A stretch of DNA of 63,808 bases, filler included, from Globobulimina sp. (lineage: Eukaryota): NCBI GenBank assembly GCA_003354225.1. It is 58 parts of 58 records of this genome, joined end to end, with 100 filler letters (N's around TTAATTAATTAA, not from the genome) between each part and the next. Parts side by side here need not be neighbours in the genome. Positions count along the whole stretch, not along the records: positions 59,505 to 60,505 come from PIVH01026170.1; positions 60,606 to 61,606 come from PIVH01026171.1; positions 61,707 to 62,707 come from PIVH01026172.1; positions 62,808 to 63,808 come from PIVH01026173.1; 54 more parts are not named here. The stretch is one strand, 5' to 3'. This document shows, piece by piece, positions 59,759 through 63,808 of the stretch. The notes beneath the pieces were generated by a model. The model had not been told where the DNA came from and searched no databases. It worked only from the letters and a program-made list of their open reading frames with translations. A program made the translations under genes and the position numbers. Positions within the stretch are counted from its first letter, which is position 1, and each line of letters opens with the position of its first letter.

Positions 59759-60505
59759 TTAATCCGAATAATATTCTTCATCATTTTGTAAAAAATTAAC
59801 CGGATAATGCAATACAGCAACACAGCCCGATAATCCTTTTGCAAATTGTTGAGTTAATGGCGAATGCATTCCAACTATCTTCAATTCAATATTCTGTGCC
59901 ACACACAACTTATCAAAAAAACGCGTAAATGAAACCACTTCCACAGAATCTGAATTGGCACCACCTTTACACTCATCCCTTTCCTTCAACATTCCCTTTG
60001 AAATGCCACCAATATCAATCTCCTTCTTTGCAAACTTGACCGCTTTCATAACATTCTCATTATCCATTAACTTGACCGCAAACTTAAAATAACCACAGCA
60101 AATCACCGCATATTTCACCACATTTAGCTGTATCGCACGCAATGTCTCCTCAAACCCAATCGAAACAACATTGCCTTCCACATCAACATCACTCGCAATT
60201 AAACCAAATATAGTTTCAATTAATTTATTCTCACTTTCAAACTCTTTTTGTTGGATTAAACCTGAACATTTTCGGACAGTTTCATCAAAGCCACACTTTC
60301 CACCATAATTAATCTCAAAAACACTCATTATTGCTGCGGAAATATAGTGTTTTAAGAATGGACTTTGATATAACTGCGATTTTAACGGACCGTTTCCTGC
60401 CACAATAATACCACAGACATTCACCATTCCCCTCCCAATACCAATACCATTATTATTCATTGCATTCGATTTCGAACTCGTTCTGGAAAATATTTCATTC
60501 ATTTT
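59759..60505 (-). CDS. Divergent eRF1 (peptide chain release factor 1)-like protein, domains 2-3
   Basis: GIIVAGNGPLK.QL, EINYGGKCGFDE, GFEETLRA and QQFAKGLSGCVAVLHYPV align with eRF1 GL.LAGSADFK, DVSYGGENGFNQ and SQF.KGFGGIGG.LRY. Confidence 0.8.
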   Translation of the reverse strand, partial: KMNEIFSRTSSKSNAMNNNGIGIGRGMVNVCGIIVAGNGPLKSQLYQSPFLKHYISAAIMSVFEINYGGKCGFDETVRKCSGLIQQKEFESENKLIETIFGLIASDVDVEGNVVSIGFEETLRAIQLNVVKYAVICCGYFKFAVKLMDNENVMKAVKFAKKEIDIGGISKGMLKERDECKGGANSDSVEVVSFTRFFDKLCVAQNIELKIVGMHSPLTQQFAKGLSGCVAVLHYPVNFLQNDEEYYSD

Positions 60506-60908
60506 NNNNNNNNNNNNNNNNNNNNNNNNNNNNNNNNNNNNNNNNNNNNTTAATTAATTAANNNNNNNNNNNNNNNNNNNNNNNNNNNNNNNNNNNNNNN
60601 NNNNNCAAATATGAAAAAAAAGATCAGAGAACTTACAAAAAAAACAGTGCAAACAACGTTGTATTTTTTCTTCAAATTAATCCAACATAAAACTTTGATA
60701 ATACTTCATTCTCAATCAAAAATAACAAAAATACACAAAAAAATAAACAGACGGACAGTTTCAAACAGATAAATTTAAAAATTAGTAGTTGATAATTAAA
60801 AAATAAAACAAAACAAAAATATACAGAAATAGTCAGTAAATTTTTCAATGTACATTATTTATTGGTACTATTTAAAGAAAAATGTAATTTAATAATAAAA
60901 AAAATAAA

Positions 60909-61606
60909 TCATATTTGTTGTTGTCTTTTCATTTGATGAATGGCAATTTGTTGCATTGCATTTTGATATTGCTGCTGATATGCGGCCATTTGCTGCTGTT
61001 GCTGTTGTAGCGACTCATTGATAATAACCGGCAATAAGACGGCAGACTGATCAATCTGTGGATGATACCAATATAAACCGGCTTCCACGCCTGGAATAAC
61101 ACCATCAGCCACATTCAATAAGGTCGGAGTGGCCGTGTTTGCTGAGAAGGGAAGAAAAGGCGTACATAGACTCGGCAAATGACCATAACTGCGCGAACAT
61201 AGCGAACTGGAACTGGCAAATTGAGAGGGATGCGGCGGTGGATTGGTTAATAAATCCGGCATCGAACTGGCACGCTGTAATCCTTCTATTGGTGCTAAAC
61301 ATGGTGGCATTGCAAACTGCGCTGAGGCTAATAAAGATTGTTGTTGTTGTACTTGTTGGTTGCAATTGAAATCTTTAGGCTGTGATAATTGATTGGTTTG
61401 CACCACATTGGTTGTAATATATCCATTATTGGAAGTGGACGTATTTGTGGTGGTATTGGTCGAGGCATTGCTGTCTTTATCGACGTCGTCATTCTCTGGC
61501 ACGGGTTGCAATTTTGTACTTGGTGTGACTGGCGATTTGATACTATTTATGCTATTTGGACTATTTATACTTTGTTGCTGCTGTTGTTTTTGTTGTTGTT
61601 GGTTAA
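60909..61606 (-). CDS. Gln/Ser/Pro-rich protein C-terminus
   Basis: Poly-Q tracts; frame open from the contig end; AT-rich 3' UTR. Confidence 0.65.
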
Positions 61607-62808
61607 NNNNNNNNNNNNNNNNNNNNNNNNNNNNNNNNNNNNNNNNNNNNTTAATTAATTAANNNNNNNNNNNNNNNNNNNNNNNNNNNNNNNNNNNNNN
61701 NNNNNNTCAGCCAAAAAGATCATTGGATGCATTTAAAAGATATTTAAAAGGAGAATTTTAATTAACAATTCCTTTTGTCTTTTTGTTTAAGTATTAACTT
61801 TTGTAGTAAATATTATGGGGAAGGGAACTAAACGTTTTTCTCAAAGCGGACTTGGCAAAATAAAATATATCCACACCAGTTTCTCTTGTTTTCTTTCTAA
61901 CTCCTGCATGAATATTTACATTCTGATTATTATTTATTTGCGATTTCTGAAACTTAATACTTTACCAACTTAAGTTAAGGTTGACATGATCTCATGTCTC
62001 TGTTTTTTGTTTTGACGATATATTGTATGCACAACAATTATTATAATATTTTAACGCTAGTATGTTCATTGCAATTGTTCTTCTTATGATCAATATGCAG
62101 ATGGTATCGGTATTTTTTGCGAGCGATTTCTGTTTTATTTGCCTCAGACGTTATCATAATCTGGACATTGAGGCGAAAATGCATTTGTATTGTCGCGGCT
62201 CAATTGATATTAAATTTGAGTCTTGTTTCGGTGCAAATAAATGGGTTTGGAATTCCAATTCAAAGTCACCAAAATGGCCAGAAGCAGCCCCAAAACAACA
62301 TAATTTATTGTATTCCCATTCAGCCACACCACGCCTAAACAGAACAGCACTTCATAGCATAAACAAGCAAAACAGTGTGGTGTATTAATATAGGAATTGT
62401 CACCGGTCGCAACCGTATAATTCGGTTCGTGTATTTTATTATATTGATATTATATACAAAATGTTTCCTAATTGTTGGCAAAATTGCAAAAAGAAAACGC
62501 GATCGCGATCGCGATATTGGAACATTATGCGCCACATTTTTATTTTAATGATTATCATTAAGTCATTCATTGTTTTATTAACTTAGTTGTGTCACCGCTC
62601 GTACTGGCCTCCGTGCTTCTTACCTCCGTGCTTCTTGCCTCTGGGTATACCGCCGCCCAATGCAACTCTGTTGCCCCCTACTACATGTTAAGTAGAGAGT
62701 TCGATGGNNNNNNNNNNNNNNNNNNNNNNNNNNNNNNNNNNNNNNNNNNNNTTAATTAATTAANNNNNNNNNNNNNNNNNNNNNNNNNNNNNNNNNNNNN
62801 NNNNNNNG

Positions 62809-63252
62809 TTTGGTTTAAAATTGTATTAATGAGTAAAATCAATATTGCCACTACAATATGAATATAATAATAATATGTGGAAACTATGCGGCATAAATGA
62901 AAGGTTTAGGTTTTGTAAGTATATAAAAGGTCAAAAATTCGGCATTCATTATGATGAACAAATGGTAGCCTCTGAAATTGAGCAATCATATTATACATTG
63001 GTTATATATTTAAATGACGGAGTATCGGATTTTAAAGGTGGCAGATTGGGTTTTTTTGTTCATGATAATAACGATACTCATAACGAACATTGTCGATTAA
63101 TTTTAGCAAATACAATCACACCATCAACTGGATTGGCTGCTGTGTTTACTCATTTTCCACACAAATTATATCATTCAGGAGAGAAAGTGACCGACGGCGT
63201 TAAATATTTGATACAAACTGAGGTTATGTATCGATTGAAGCGAAAAGAATAA
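62809..63252 (+). pseudogene. 2OG-Fe(II) oxygenase (prolyl-4-hydroxylase-like) with two adjacent in-frame stops at 62827-62832
   Basis: GINERFRFCKY..GQKFGIHYD, TLVIYLND..DFKGG, HSGEKV..GVKY and TEVMY. Upstream reads LY**VKSILP. Confidence 0.7.
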
Positions 63253-63318
63253 CAGTTGTTAGATTTTGATTTTGCTGTAGCTCCGTCTTAGATACTATTT
63301 TCGTTTTATGCTCTAGCT

Positions 63319-63808
63319 ATGTCTGAACAAAAAGAGCCACGCAAAGATGAGGAAAACGAGGAAGAATTATCAATTTTCTTAAGGCAATTATATCGTTTAA
63401 CGTATGAAACAATTGAGAATAATGAAAGTGGACAGATTTTGCCAGATAAATATACCGAAATTATAAAAAAACATCATAACATAATGAAGGTAAATTCCAT
63501 ACCAAAGTCAGCAAAATCAGCAAAAGAATTAATAGCGATCTTAGGAAAAGTTCTTTCATCATCCAACAACGAATTAATTTATGGCAAAAAAGAAGCTGTA
63601 AAAACAAAAGAAAATAACGACCCAAAACTGTTATTACTTAATTACTGTTCAAATGATAACATTGACCAATCGATAGTGCTATTATTAAAATACAAACTAA
63701 ATGATGCAAATGCATCATGTTTAGAATTATGTCATTTTATTCAAAAAAGCAGTGGCTGGGCATATTGCAATGAAACTGCAGTTCACTGTGTTATGGAAAA
63801 CATAAATA
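63319..63808 (+). CDS. Hypothetical protein, possibly leading into ankyrin repeats; runs off the window (not in the ORF track)
   Basis: ATG TCT GAA CAA..., 163 codons open, ending NETAVHCVMEN, similar to the ankyrin TPLH motif. Confidence 0.65.
   Translation, partial: MSEQKEPRKDEENEEELSIFLRQLYRLTYETIENNESGQILPDKYTEIIKKHHNIMKVNSIPKSAKSAKELIAILGKVLSSSNNELIYGKKEAVKTKENNDPKLLLLNYCSNDNIDQSIVLLLKYKLNDANASCLELCHFIQKSSGWAYCNETAVHCVMENIN

Noticed and set aside
34888-63252. Genome-wide stop-codon reassignment
   Set aside because: Conserved genes (ACLY, ValRS, UXS, CorA, SDR) have no internal stops, and host genes end with TAA or TGA. Isolated stops fit pseudogenes better.

Overview
This window is not one locus. 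It is 58 unrelated contigs of about 1.0 kb (1003, then 1002, then 1001 bp, so apparently sorted by length), joined by an artificial N44-TTAATTAATTAA-N44 linker that has stop codons in all six frames. Gene neighbourhood therefore means nothing across linkers. Most contigs are AT-rich eukaryotic DNA with short GT-AG introns (47-70 nt, one of 155 nt). They carry fragments of ATP-citrate lyase, ValRS, UXS, CorA, beta-adaptin, Josephin, SLC10 transporters, an SDR, BTB, PHD and SPRY-ZZ proteins, and an initiator tRNA-Met/tRNA-Thr pair. The recurring protein families suggest a protist, plausibly a foraminiferan; this is inference. Several contigs look like co-sequenced DNA: bacterial (IS1595, GH38 alpha-mannosidase, SF1 helicase, MCP PAS fragment), phage-like, or metazoan-transposon-like. 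No complete multi-gene system can be shown from 1 kb pieces. The best leads are: (1) a minimal, symmetric TBP lacking its acidic stirrup, next to a Polinton/virus-type CxGC-SQxxH ORF; (2) an NSF-type ATPase with a KH-like N-terminal region; (3) a UXS with catalytic Tyr changed to His; (4) a very divergent eRF1 paralog; (5) an unexplained ~115 bp non-coding element shared by two contigs; (6) a recurring F-box-like motif; (7) several MITE families; (8) two head-to-head tRNA genes only 22 bp apart. All homology calls come from motif recognition by eye; no searches were run.
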